The notes under the pieces are model-generated. The model searched no databases, had not been told where the DNA came from, and saw nothing but the letters and a program-made list of their open reading frames with translations. Positions 29,907-39,600 of a DNA stretch of 64,000 nucleotides are shown here, in pieces (position 1 is the first letter of the stretch; the number at the start of each line of letters is the position of its first letter). The stretch is from Candidatus Falkowbacteria bacterium. GTDB lineage: Bacteria > Patescibacteriota > Patescibacteriia > Patescibacteriales > UBA12465. A program made the position numbers and the translations under genes. Location: the NCBI GenBank assembly GCA_016432645.1, contig CP066698.1, positions 389,062 to 453,061 of the forward strand, written 5' to 3'.

Positions 29907-30173
29907 ATGAAAGACAGTTTTCAATCTTTCTCGGATATCTTTAAAAACCGCCAACCGGTTAAAGCGCCGGCCTACCCCTGGCAAGATTTGGCTTTGCGCG
30001 TTATTAAAGATTTAGGAGTGCCGGATTTCAAGCGCTCTTCAGTTTTTAAAGCTTGCAAAGATTTGCCTGTTAATATTATCGAGATGGCTCTCAATGATAC
30101 CAAAGAATTATGCAAAACCGGAGCCAAATGGAAATATTTTTTCAAAATAATCGATGACCGAAAAATAAAATAA
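29907..30173 (+). CDS. small hypothetical protein
   Basis: 88-aa ORF, 6 nt after the upstream stop, co-directional. No motif recognised. Confidence 0.5.
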   Translation: MKDSFQSFSDIFKNRQPVKAPAYPWQDLALRVIKDLGVPDFKRSSVFKACKDLPVNIIEMALNDTKELCKTGAKWKYFFKIIDDRKIK

Positions 30174-30197
30174 AAAATAAAAATTAGCTAATAATAT

Positions 30198-30692
30198 ATG
30201 GCCAAACAATTAAATATTCTAATCAACCCCCACCCAACCTTGAGAAAAAAATCTCTGGAAATAAGCCCTGAGGAGCTTTTTAGCAAGAAGATGAAAACAT
30301 TGCTGCTGGATATGGAGGAAACTATGAAAAAAAAGGATGGCGCCGGCTTAGCGGCGCCGCAAATCGGAGAAAACATCCGCATAATTGTAGTGAGCGATGA
30401 GAACAAAACAATTTTTTTAATCAATCCCAAAATAACCAAAAAATCTTGGGCCAGAAAAGTAGAGGACGAAGGCTGCTTGTCGGTGTTAAATGAGAAGGGC
30501 GAAATAATTTACGCCCCGATTTCCCGCCACAAAAAAATAAATTGTATTTATCTTGACGAAAAAGGTAATAAAAAAACTCTCGCCGCGGAAAATTTGCTAG
30601 CGAGGGTCATTCAGCATGAGATCGATCATTTAGACGGAATTCTTTTTATTGACTATCTTAAAGATTTTCCAAATAATCCAAAGGCCTCCTAA
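30198..30692 (+). CDS. def: peptide deformylase
   Basis: GAGLAAPQIG, EGCLS and HEIDHLDG motifs. Confidence 0.93.
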   Translation: MAKQLNILINPHPTLRKKSLEISPEELFSKKMKTLLLDMEETMKKKDGAGLAAPQIGENIRIIVVSDENKTIFLINPKITKKSWARKVEDEGCLSVLNEKGEIIYAPISRHKKINCIYLDEKGNKKTLAAENLLARVIQHEIDHLDGILFIDYLKDFPNNPKAS

Positions 30693-31253
30693 AATAAGCA
30701 GCGCCCAGGAAATTTCATTATAGTATTTAGATAGTAATTCTTTATTGGCGCCGATAAAATAACCTAAAGCCGTCAGAACGGCCACCCAAAGCAATGAGCC
30801 TAGGGTTGTATAAGCCACAAAGGGCCAGAAAGGCATTTTGGAAAATCCAGCCGGCAGCGAAACCAGCTGTCTGACAACTGGAATTAAACGCCCGATAAAA
30901 GTGGCTGCCACCGAGTTATCCAAAAAATATTTTTCCGAGCGTGCTAAATTTTCAGGACTAATTAATAAAAATTTAGCCAAGCGATGGCGGGCTAATTTAT
31001 AAATAAGCGGCCGTCCTAAAAAATAAGCAAAATAATAATTAAATATCGCCCCCACTACGCTTCCGATTACTCCCGCCAATACTATTAACCAGATATTAAG
31101 ATAGCCTTGGCTCGCTAAATAAGCGGCCGGCGGTACAATAATCTCCGAAGGCATTGGAATAAAAGAACTTTCAATTGCCATTAAAGCGCCAATGCCAAAA
31201 TAACCCATTCCCTGAGCAACACTTAATAAAAAATTGAAAAATCCAGTAAGCAT
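30630..31253 (-). CDS. DedA-family membrane protein
   Basis: ESSFIPMPSEIIVPPAAYLAS N-terminal region, GRLIPVVRQLVSLPAG (VTT/SNARE-associated domain), 207 aa. Confidence 0.8.
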   Translation of the reverse strand: MLTGFFNFLLSVAQGMGYFGIGALMAIESSFIPMPSEIIVPPAAYLASQGYLNIWLIVLAGVIGSVVGAIFNYYFAYFLGRPLIYKLARHRLAKFLLISPENLARSEKYFLDNSVAATFIGRLIPVVRQLVSLPAGFSKMPFWPFVAYTTLGSLLWVAVLTALGYFIGANKELLSKYYNEISWALLILGGLWIIWKIFKIVNKKNSV

Positions 31254-31280
31254 AATCTAAATATAGCATACCCGCCAACT

Positions 31281-32240
31281 ATGTCCAGCCAAGAAAAGAA
31301 AAAAATTATCTTCATGGGAACGCCGGAATTTTCCCTGCCCGGCCTAAGCGCTTTAATCCAAAGCGCTAATTTTGAAATTAGTGCGGTCTTCACGCAACCG
31401 GATAAGCCAGTTGGGCGCAAACAAATTTTAACGCCGCCGCCGGTCAAAACCACTGCCCTAAAATACGGCATTAAAATTTTCCAGCCGGAAAAAATAAAAT
31501 CGGAAATGGAAAATATAAAAAACTTGCAGCCGGATTTAATTGTAGTAATCGCCTACGGGAAAATCATCCCTCAAGAAATATTAGACATTCCTAAATATGG
31601 CTGCATTAATGTTCACGCTTCCCTGTTGCCCAAATATCGTGGCGCGGCCTGTCTTAACGCGCCAATTTTAAATGGCGACCAAGAAACCGGAGTGACAATT
31701 ATGAAAATGGAAGCCGGCTTAGATACTGGTCCGATTTTAAAACAAGCAATAATGAAATTAAGCGGACAGGAAACTTTAGCTGATGTTCATGACCGTCTGG
31801 CTGCTCTTGGAGCCGAACTTTTACCGGAGGTGCTTATGGAGTGGACAGCCGGAAAGATAAAGCCGCAAATTCAAGATGACTCTCAGGCTAGTTATATTAA
31901 AACTTTAGCGAAGGAAGATGGAAAAATTGACTGGGCTAAACCCGCTTTAGAAATTGAACGGCAAATTCGCGCTTATAACCCTTGGCCCGGGACTTTTTGT
32001 TATGATAAAAATAACAAAATAATAAAAATATTAGCGGCCGCTCGGCCTTTAAATGAGCAAAAAAACATTGATGAAAAAATAGCAACCGGCCAAGTTTCCT
32101 TGATAAACGGCCAATTGACAGTCGCTTGCGGACAAGGTAGTATAATTATATTAAAATTACAGGCTGAAGGCGGCAAGGCCTTACTGGCTAAAGATTTTTT
32201 AAGCGGCCACCAAGATTTTATCGGCCAAATATTAAAATAA
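31281..32240 (+). CDS. fmt: methionyl-tRNA formyltransferase
   Basis: IIFMGTPEFS, HASLLPKYRGAA, C-terminal Fmt domain; adjacent to def, as is common. Confidence 0.93.
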   Translation: MSSQEKKKIIFMGTPEFSLPGLSALIQSANFEISAVFTQPDKPVGRKQILTPPPVKTTALKYGIKIFQPEKIKSEMENIKNLQPDLIVVIAYGKIIPQEILDIPKYGCINVHASLLPKYRGAACLNAPILNGDQETGVTIMKMEAGLDTGPILKQAIMKLSGQETLADVHDRLAALGAELLPEVLMEWTAGKIKPQIQDDSQASYIKTLAKEDGKIDWAKPALEIERQIRAYNPWPGTFCYDKNNKIIKILAAARPLNEQKNIDEKIATGQVSLINGQLTVACGQGSIIILKLQAEGGKALLAKDFLSGHQDFIGQILK

Positions 32241-32257
32241 AAAATTTTAACATAGAC

Positions 32258-32329
32258 GGTCCCTTCGTCTAACGGTTAGGACGCCAGGTTCTCATCCTGG
32301 TAACAGGGGTTCGATTCCCCTAGGGACTA
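32258..32329 (+). tRNA. tRNA-Glu (anticodon CUC)
   Basis: GGTCCCT/AGGGACT acceptor (G1-U72), GTCT-AACGGTTA-GGAC D arm, CCAGG-TTCTCAT-CCTGG anticodon arm, AGGGG-TTCGATT-CCCCT T arm. 72 nt. Confidence 0.9.
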
Positions 32330-32340
32330 CGTAAATAAAA

Positions 32341-32367
32341 GAACGAGTATTAACTCGTTCTTTTATT
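32341..32367. terminator. bidirectional terminator after tRNA-Glu
   Basis: GAACGAGT-ATTA-ACTCGTTC stem with A-run/T-run flanks. Confidence 0.7.
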
Positions 32368-32370
32368 TAT

Positions 32371-32547
32371 GAAGCCGAAGGCTGGGGAATCGAACAAGTT
32401 GGAAGTGAGCAAGGACTGAGGTCGGAAGACCGAAGGACGAAGCGAACATCTGGCGATATGCCGGGGGCATATCGGACGCCAACTCAGGACAAGTGAACGA
32501 GCCGCATTATGACGGCGAGTGAGCGCGATAATTCCCCTAGGGAATAC
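32371..32547 (+). ncRNA. unclassified GC-rich structured element, copy A (homolog of 63290-63462 on the opposite strand)
   Basis: Flanked by terminator hairpins. Closing helix GGGGAAT(32384-32390)/ATTCCCC(32531-32537). Inner helices GTTGG/CCAAC, GGTC-GGAA-GACC, CGATATGCC-GGG-GGCATATCG and GCCG/CGGC. Conserved junctions are shared with copy B. Transcription direction was not determined. Confidence 0.5.
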
Positions 32548-32552
32548 ATATA

Positions 32553-32586
32553 AAAAAGAATATCTCGTAGAGGTGTTCTTTTTTAT
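32553..32586 (+). terminator. rho-independent terminator after element A
   Basis: AGAATATCTC-GTAG-GAGGTGTTCT stem (two G-U pairs) followed by T6. Confidence 0.55.
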
Positions 32587-32678
32587 TAGTATGGGCAAAC
32601 TGAGGAAGCTAACAATTTTTAGGCATTGTCCAATCACTGAATTTATGGTATTTTAACTGTAGAAAGATAATAAAATTT

Positions 32679-33920
32679 ATGCCAACAATTCAACACTTTG
32701 TCAGTCAAATTAAACAATACGGCAACAAGCACAAAGCCTTGTATCTATTGTCCTTAATGATATTATTTTGGGCAACCTATGACGGAATAATCACTTTTAT
32801 TTCACCATTAATTATGACGGCGAGCGGGCTCTCGGGAACGCAAATGGGCATTATTATCGGCACCTCCTCAATCAGCGGCGCTTTTTTTGATTTTATCGCC
32901 TGCCGCATTTTTAAAAATTTATTTTTCAGAAGAATGTTCATAATAATGTTCATTCTCTGCTTCTTTTATCCGCTGATTCTCTTTAAGGCTAACAGTTTTT
33001 TAATTTATCTGATAGCCATGGCTATGTGGGGAATTTATTATGACCTTAAAAACTTTGCCGAATTTGATTTTGTCGCTCGCCATATAGAACCCAAAGAACA
33101 TACCTCCAGTTTTGGAATAATCCAAGTTTTTACATCCTTAGGATATTTAATCGCACCAATAATCGCCGGACTAGCTATCGGAGAAGCGGTCGATTGGAAA
33201 CCATTTTTAATTAGCTGGATATTCTTAGGGATCTCCATAATCTTTTTCATCTATTTAGTAATCCTAACCAAAAAATACAAAAATAAAACGAATAGCTCTA
33301 AAGATATACCAAAACAGGTCAGCTTTTTAAAGGAAATAAACCTGTGGGAAAAAATCGGCCGGACAATTTTACCGGTGCTAATTTTAACTCTGGTTCTTAA
33401 TTTTATTGATGCCTTTTTCTGGACTATCGGGCCATTATTAGCTGAGAGCTTTAGAGGCGCCCCGCAATTTTCCGGCTTCTTTATGACTGCCTATTCTCTG
33501 CCCATCCTCTTAGCTGGCTGGTTTGTCGGCTCCATAACCGCCAAGTATGGAAAAAAGAAAACTGCCTTTATCAGCTTACTCCTGGGATCTATATTATTAA
33601 GCACTCTATTTTTATTTAAAAATTTTTTACCAATAATCGGAGTGATTTTCTTATCTTCAGTTTTAATGTCTTTGGCCTGGCCGGCAATCAACGGGGCTTA
33701 CGCCGACTATATTCATGAGACCAAGCGTGCTGCCAAAGAAATTTCCGGGCTGCAAGACTTGTTCACTAATATCGGTTATATTATCGGACCGATATTTGCC
33801 GGGATTCTATTTGACGCGATTGGCGGGGCAGCCGCCTTCTCAATGCTGGGATTGTTTGGAGTAATAATTGCCATCGTCTTAATAACTATTACCCCCAAAC
33901 ATATTGATATTAAATTATAG
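32679..33920 (+). CDS. MFS-type transporter
   Basis: About 12 hydrophobic segments in a 6+6 arrangement with a basic central loop (TKKYKNKTNSSKD). 413 aa. Confidence 0.75.
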   Translation: MPTIQHFVSQIKQYGNKHKALYLLSLMILFWATYDGIITFISPLIMTASGLSGTQMGIIIGTSSISGAFFDFIACRIFKNLFFRRMFIIMFILCFFYPLILFKANSFLIYLIAMAMWGIYYDLKNFAEFDFVARHIEPKEHTSSFGIIQVFTSLGYLIAPIIAGLAIGEAVDWKPFLISWIFLGISIIFFIYLVILTKKYKNKTNSSKDIPKQVSFLKEINLWEKIGRTILPVLILTLVLNFIDAFFWTIGPLLAESFRGAPQFSGFFMTAYSLPILLAGWFVGSITAKYGKKKTAFISLLLGSILLSTLFLFKNFLPIIGVIFLSSVLMSLAWPAINGAYADYIHETKRAAKEISGLQDLFTNIGYIIGPIFAGILFDAIGGAAAFSMLGLFGVIIAIVLITITPKHIDIKL

Positions 33921-33970
33921 CTTTTGGTAATTTTCTCATTTCGTCCTAATATTTTTTAAAACTACAAAGC

Positions 33971-34005
33971 AAAAAGGGCCGGAAAAAATCCAGCCCTTTT
34001 TTTAT
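33971..34005. terminator. bidirectional terminator between MFS gene and cohesin-like gene
   Basis: GGGCCGG-N7-CCAGCCC stem with A5/T7 flanks. Confidence 0.6.
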
Positions 34006-34019
34006 TTTTTATCTTAATT

Positions 34020-35828
34020 TTATTTAAACCATTTATCAACTTGGTCCAAACCATCTTCAATCGCCTTTTTAATTCTCTTCTCCTCCCTGGTCAACATACG
34101 GCGATGGCGAATATTGTGGATTAAGCTTAAATTATTTTCCAAAATATTTTTTACAAAAGATAATATTTTAGCGTTATTTCGTTTAATCGTCGTCAGACCG
34201 GTTTTTCGCTTAACCGGAAGCTTGGAAAAATTCTTACCGAGATAAAAAGCAGCTGAAATTAATATCAAAACAATTAATGCCAATAGACCGAATAGATTTA
34301 GGGTTTTGAAAGTTGAAGAGCCAACGGCAGTTATTAATTTTGGAGTGGCCTCGAGCTGTAAATGCTGGGAAGCGGCTGCGCTATCTCCAGAACCGATTTC
34401 CGACCAAATTTCATAATTGCCAGCCTTTAGATTTGGTATCAGAGCAAAGAAATTTTTCTCATAGTTTGACCGGGTTTTAAATACCATTAATTCTCCATTT
34501 TCTTTTTTAACATTAATGGTCACCTCAATATCCGGTTCTTGAGTGCTTCCTTGAATAATTAATTTGTCATCAGCAGAAATTAACTCTGGCAATGGACTAA
34601 TCTGAGGAGCAATTAATTCCGGTACAGACGGCGAAATCACCGGCTCCAGCGGCGGAACAGAAACGCCGCTAGAATAAAAACTGCCTAGAGCTTCAACGCT
34701 GTTACCAGCTTTATCAAAAGCAATCAATTTAATATTATTCTCGCCTAGCGCATACAAATCAAGGCTATGCTGGCCGCCAATAAAATCTGGGGCGGGAATA
34801 TTTTTAATCAGACTATCATTAACATATAACTCGTAGTGATCAAGCCCGGAACCAGTGTCTGAAATATCGGCAACGATACTTAAGCGTTTGTTATTATCAT
34901 CGTAATTAAATTCAACATTTCTTTTCTCGGGTGCCAGCGAGTCTATTTGGACGACATAAGTAGCAATCGGCCCCCAAGTCTTATCTTCACGCGCCCTCAC
35001 CTTAAAATACCAAATACCATCATCTAAATTTTGAACTGCTTTTCGGCTGATTGCCGGCGCATAAATAACGCTGGGACTAAAAGCATTATTATTGTTAATC
35101 CCCGTTTGAACAGCATTAATATTTTTTGGTAAATTCCATTGGAAAACCGGATTTGAATCTTTGTACCATTGATCGCGATTGGGGTGAGTTAGAGAGCTAA
35201 TTTGCAAGCTAGTACTTTGAGCGGTGGCTGTCGGTTCTGCAGGAGCATCATTTATCGGCTCAGGGGTGGTCGGCTTAGCCGGAGTTTCTTTAACTGGTTC
35301 TTCTTTAGCGGCCACGACTATAATATTGCCATAACTGCCTCGTAAAACATCTGTCCCTAAACCATCATTGGCGCGAACCGCGGCACCGGAAAAAGAAAAT
35401 TCGGCTTGGCCGCTTTTTTTAGCTTTCGCCACGATAGAAATAATGGAACCGCGCGCGCCAGTAAATCCCGGAGTTGGAGAACCGCCGTTAAAACTAATGG
35501 CGCCAGCTGAATTAGAAAAAGAGGGCTCTTCAACCCAAAGAGAAAATATGGAACCGCCCTTGCTGATAGAAATTATATCAAATAAATCCGAGGGAAATTT
35601 TATAGTAGCTTCCGCATTATTTACCGCCACGCCATCAGAATTCAAGATTACATATAAAGTCACCGTTTCTCCAACAGAAACATTGGTTGAATTGGCGCTT
35701 AAAGACATCGTGGCCGCACTAACCCCTGAGCAACCAATAAAAAATAGGCTAACCACCAGCGCCGCAAAATAATAAGTTAATTTATTTTTTAATATTTTTT
35801 TTATAAACATACCAGAAACTAAAACCAA
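34020..35828 (-). CDS. cohesin-like domain protein with Ig-like domains and a C-terminal TM anchor
   Basis: Signal peptide. The N-terminal ~140 aa (MSLSANSTNVSVGETVTLYVILNSDGVAVNNAEATIKFPSDLFDIISISKGGSIFSLWVEEPSFSNSAGAISFNGGSPTPGFTG...VRANDGLGTDVL) fits the cohesin beta-sandwich pattern. P/T/E linker, an Ig-like segment (DISDTGSGLDHYELY), TM LNLFGLLALIVLILISAAFYLG, and a basic cytoplasmic tail. The start may be Met7 (35810). Confidence 0.65.
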   Translation of the reverse strand: MVLVSGMFIKKILKNKLTYYFAALVVSLFFIGCSGVSAATMSLSANSTNVSVGETVTLYVILNSDGVAVNNAEATIKFPSDLFDIISISKGGSIFSLWVEEPSFSNSAGAISFNGGSPTPGFTGARGSIISIVAKAKKSGQAEFSFSGAAVRANDGLGTDVLRGSYGNIIVVAAKEEPVKETPAKPTTPEPINDAPAEPTATAQSTSLQISSLTHPNRDQWYKDSNPVFQWNLPKNINAVQTGINNNNAFSPSVIYAPAISRKAVQNLDDGIWYFKVRAREDKTWGPIATYVVQIDSLAPEKRNVEFNYDDNNKRLSIVADISDTGSGLDHYELYVNDSLIKNIPAPDFIGGQHSLDLYALGENNIKLIAFDKAGNSVEALGSFYSSGVSVPPLEPVISPSVPELIAPQISPLPELISADDKLIIQGSTQEPDIEVTINVKKENGELMVFKTRSNYEKNFFALIPNLKAGNYEIWSEIGSGDSAAASQHLQLEATPKLITAVGSSTFKTLNLFGLLALIVLILISAAFYLGKNFSKLPVKRKTGLTTIKRNNAKILSFVKNILENNLSLIHNIRHRRMLTREEKRIKKAIEDGLDQVDKWFK

Positions 35829-36651
35829 AAAGAATAATGATGACTAATATAATTGTAACATTTTTTGCTTGATTAAATCTAGCCGGAATTTCAATTGTTT
35901 GGCTATTTCCAGCCTGGTCGTAGGCAGTGACGGTAACCGGCGTCTTTCGATTTTGATCTTTAAAGACATAAACCCCATCAGTTACTTCGGTTATTACTTC
36001 GCCTTCTTTAACCTCATAACGATTGACTCCGGAAATATCATCAGTGGCATTTAAACTAATAAACTGCTGGCCGGCATAAGTATTGGGGTCTTGCCCAGTT
36101 TCCACGCTGACAAAAGTTGGCGGCGTAGTATCCGCTGACGGAACAATGGCTGTTTCGGAAGCTTGTTTATCCAAATTAACAGTAATTGAACGGGCGAAAA
36201 TGTTTTCCTGAGTTCCCTGCCCATCATTTAAATAAGCCATGCCGCCGCTCCACAAAACTGAAATACTGCTTGAAGCCGTTGAGGCGAGGCGCAGGCGAAA
36301 TAATAATCCGGTCTGATCAAAGCCTTGCGGCACGCCGCCGGCAAAACGGACCGTCTGGCTGCCAGCGGAATAAGTAGGCGGGGTTGGCCATAATTTTAAA
36401 ACTGAGCCCCCGGTCTCCGTCCCAACTGACAACCCGCTAATATCCGTCCCTTGAAAACTAATTATTCCTTCCACTACATTTACTTTCTTAGACTGCGGGT
36501 CCAAATAAACCTCCACCAGGGTTGCGCCGCCATCAATTGTATTTGGCGCTAATTTAAAGATTAATTGGGCGGCTAAAATAACTTGGGGCTGCAATAAAAC
36601 AAACAAACCGAATATTCCAGCGCTAAAATATAAAAATAATTTTTTATTCAT
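35782..36651 (-). CDS. cohesin-like domain protein with C-terminal TM anchor
   Basis: Signal peptide. Paralogous N-terminal module (LIFKLAPNTIDGGATLVEVYLDPQSKKVNVVEGIISFQGTDISGLSV...LNDGQGTQ). Ig-like segment (DDISGVNRYEV). C-terminal TM VTIILVIIILFGFSFWYVY + KKNIKK. The start is 2 nt after the giant gene's stop. Confidence 0.65.
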   Translation of the reverse strand: MNKKLFLYFSAGIFGLFVLLQPQVILAAQLIFKLAPNTIDGGATLVEVYLDPQSKKVNVVEGIISFQGTDISGLSVGTETGGSVLKLWPTPPTYSAGSQTVRFAGGVPQGFDQTGLLFRLRLASTASSSISVLWSGGMAYLNDGQGTQENIFARSITVNLDKQASETAIVPSADTTPPTFVSVETGQDPNTYAGQQFISLNATDDISGVNRYEVKEGEVITEVTDGVYVFKDQNRKTPVTVTAYDQAGNSQTIEIPARFNQAKNVTIILVIIILFGFSFWYVYKKNIKK

Positions 36652-36653
36652 AA

Positions 36654-39600
36654 TTATTGCTTAAGTTTAATTGGCGCCTTCCCCCATTGATAAAGGAGAA
36701 TAGAAAAATCTACTGAGTTAACCTGCTTGTCGTTATTAATATCAACGCAGACATTTTTAAACGGAGCGGTAGTTTTCCAGAAGGCCAGCATAATTGAGAA
36801 ATCAACTGAATTCACTTTTCCGTCATGATTAAAATCGGCACCGATACAAGTCGTTTCCGGAGTTTCAACAACTGGAGGCAAAACTGGGACTGCCCCGCCG
36901 CCACCGCCGCCACCGCCGCCGCTAGGAGGTACCACTACTGTTTCTGAGACAACGGTAAATGACTGCATAGCTCTTGAGGAGTCGGAGCCAAATTGAACAT
37001 TCAAATGGAACCAATAATTGCCGGCGGCTGAAATAATAGAATTTAAAGTAGTATCAAAATTAGCATGAGGATTAATTAAAATCGCGGCTGTTGAGCTAAA
37101 AATATCATCGCCGCCACCACACAGATTAGTGTCAGAATTAGTAACGCACCAATTGTATTGATATTCGTAAGCGGTTGAGCTGTCATTAGTTATTCTGATG
37201 GCCGTCGCAATGCTCGGCGAGGTTAAATCACTAAAGCTCTGAATCAATACTTGAGCCGGAGAGCCTGGCGTTCCGCTCACTGCAGTGGAAGCCGCTCCGC
37301 GGCCAACAATATTTTTAGCGGAAACACGGAAATCGTAAGAATTATCATTCGCTAAGCTGGTTACTGTGGTCGCGGGAGTTGTGCTAATTCCATCGTTAAA
37401 TATTGACCAAACGCCGCCGCTAGTTAATTTATATTCAACCACATAGTCAGTGATGGAAGAGCCGCCATCAAATACCGGCGCTGACCAGGAAAGATCAACG
37501 CTACTATTTTGAATTATGACCGCCAAGTTAGTCGGAGCATTAGGAATACTGGCCGGAGTAATTGAATTACTAGTTCCTGATGGCGAACCAGTACCAACCG
37601 CATTGGTCGCGGTAACGGTAAAGGTATAAGTTGTACCATTTGTTAACCCGTTTATAGTTAAAAATGGAGAGCTGCTAGTAGCCACGAACCCGCCGACATT
37701 AGAGGAGACCGTATAATTAGTAATGACTGAACCGCCATTATCCGCTGGCGCTGACCAGGAAAGGCTAGCGCTGCCATCGCCGATAGTAGCTGCTAAATTA
37801 GTCGGGGCGCCAGGTACAGTCGCTGGAGTTGCGCTATTAGCACCCCCAATTGAACTTGGGCCGACTCCGATAGCATTAGTCGCCGTGACTGTAAAAGTAT
37901 AAGTTACGCCGTTTGTTAAACCAGTGATAGTAATCGGAGATGAGCCGCCAGTAGCGGTGTGTCCGGCGCTTGAGGTAACCGTATAACTAGTGATGGCAGA
38001 ACCGCCATTGTTAACTGGGGCGTCAAAAGTTATTGTAGCTTCCCCGTTGCCTCTTATGGCCGTTACATTTGTTGGAGCATCCGGGACGTTGGCCGGAGTA
38101 ATTGAATTACTAGTTCCTGATAAAGAACTGGTTCCAATTTCATTAGTTGCAGTCACGGTAAAAGTATAAGTTGTACCGTTGGTTAGGCCGGTGATAGTGA
38201 TCGGAGAAGAACCGCCGGTAGCCGTAAAGCCACCAACATTGGAAGTGACAGTATAACTAGTGATGACGGAACCACCGTTATTAACTGGGGGCGTAAAAGT
38301 AATTGTGGCCTCCCCGTTGCCTCTTACGGCTGTTACATTTGTTGGAGCATCTGGGACGTTGGCCGGAGTAGCCGAATTACTAGTGCCTGACGGCGTGCTA
38401 GTACCGATAGCATTGGTCGCGGTCACGGTAAAAGTATAAGTTGTGCCGTTAGTTAAGCCGGTGATAGTGATCGGAGAAGAACCGCCGGTAGCACTAAAGC
38501 CGCCGATATTAGAAGTAACGGTATAACTAGTAATGGCAGAACCGCCGTTATTAATTGGGGCATCAAAAGTTATAGTCGCTTCTCCGTTACCTCTGGTCAC
38601 AACCACGTTAGTAGGAGCATCCGGAACATTAGCCGCCACAATTGGACTGCTAACAGTTGACGGCGTGCTAGTACCGATAGCATTGGTCGCGGTCACGGTA
38701 AAAGTATAAGTTGTGCCGTTAGTTAAGCCAGTGATAGTAATCGGAGAGGAACCGCCGGTAGCACTAAAGACGCCGATATTAGAAGTAACGGTATAACTAG
38801 TGATGGGAGAACCTCCATTATTAACTGGTGGGCTGAAAGTAATTGTGGCCTCGCCATTACCCCGAGTCACAATAACATTGGTTGGGGCATCTGGGGCTGT
38901 AGCTGGAGTAACTGAATTGCTTGTAGCCGATGAAGCGCTGGTTCCAATCGCGTTAGTTGCCGTGACCGTGAAAGTATAAGTTGTACCATTTATTAGACCA
39001 GTAATAGTAATTGGAGACGAACCGCCGGTAGCCGTAAAGCCGCCGACATTGGAAGCGACAGTATAACTAGTGATGGAGGAACCACCGTTATTAACTGGGG
39101 ATGTAAAAGTAATTGTGGCTTCCCCGTTGCCCTGAACGGCAACCACATTAGTCGGTGCATCTGGAACATTTGCTGGAACAATAGAGTTGCTAGTGCCTGA
39201 TGGCGTACTAGTGCCGATGGCATTGGTCGCGGTCACGGTAAAAGTATAAGTTGTGCCGTTAGTTAGGCCGGTGATAGTGATCGGAGAAGAGCCGCCGGTA
39301 GCACTAAAGCCGCCGACATTGGAAGTGACAGTATAACTAGTGATGGGAGAACCACCATTATTAACTGGGGGCGTAAAAGTTATGGTAGCCTCACCATTAC
39401 CTCTGGTAGCTACAACATTGGTTGGCGCATCTGGAGTGGTAGCAGGAGTTATTTCAGCTGAAGTTCCTGACGACAAGCTATTACCAATCGCGTTAGTTGC
39501 TATAACTGTGAAAGTATATCTGGTGCCGTTTGTTAAACCGGTGATGGTAATTGGGGAGTCGGCACTAGTTGCACTGAAACCGCCAACATTAGAAGTCACG

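Noticed and set aside
32371-32547. I considered whether the ~175-nt elements are tmRNA, SRP (4.5S) RNA, 6S RNA, RNase P RNA or an intron-containing tRNA.
   Set aside because: There is no complete tRNA-like domain or tag ORF (tmRNA). There is no GGAA-tetraloop/AGCA symmetric-loop motif in the SRP arrangement. The fold is multi-branched rather than a rod with a central bubble (6S). The elements are too short and lack the GAGGAAAGUCC/ACAGAA motifs (RNase P). On either strand the acceptor and D/anticodon arms needed for a tRNA are missing. I could not run Rfam, so the elements remain unclassified rather than proven novel.
32350-32637. 95-aa minus-strand ORF over element A, and the 65/66-aa plus-strand ORFs over element B (63280-63539).
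   Set aside because: The two homologous elements differ by paired (stem-preserving) substitutions and indels that do not preserve any reading frame. They lack RBS and are flanked by terminators, so they are treated as non-coding.
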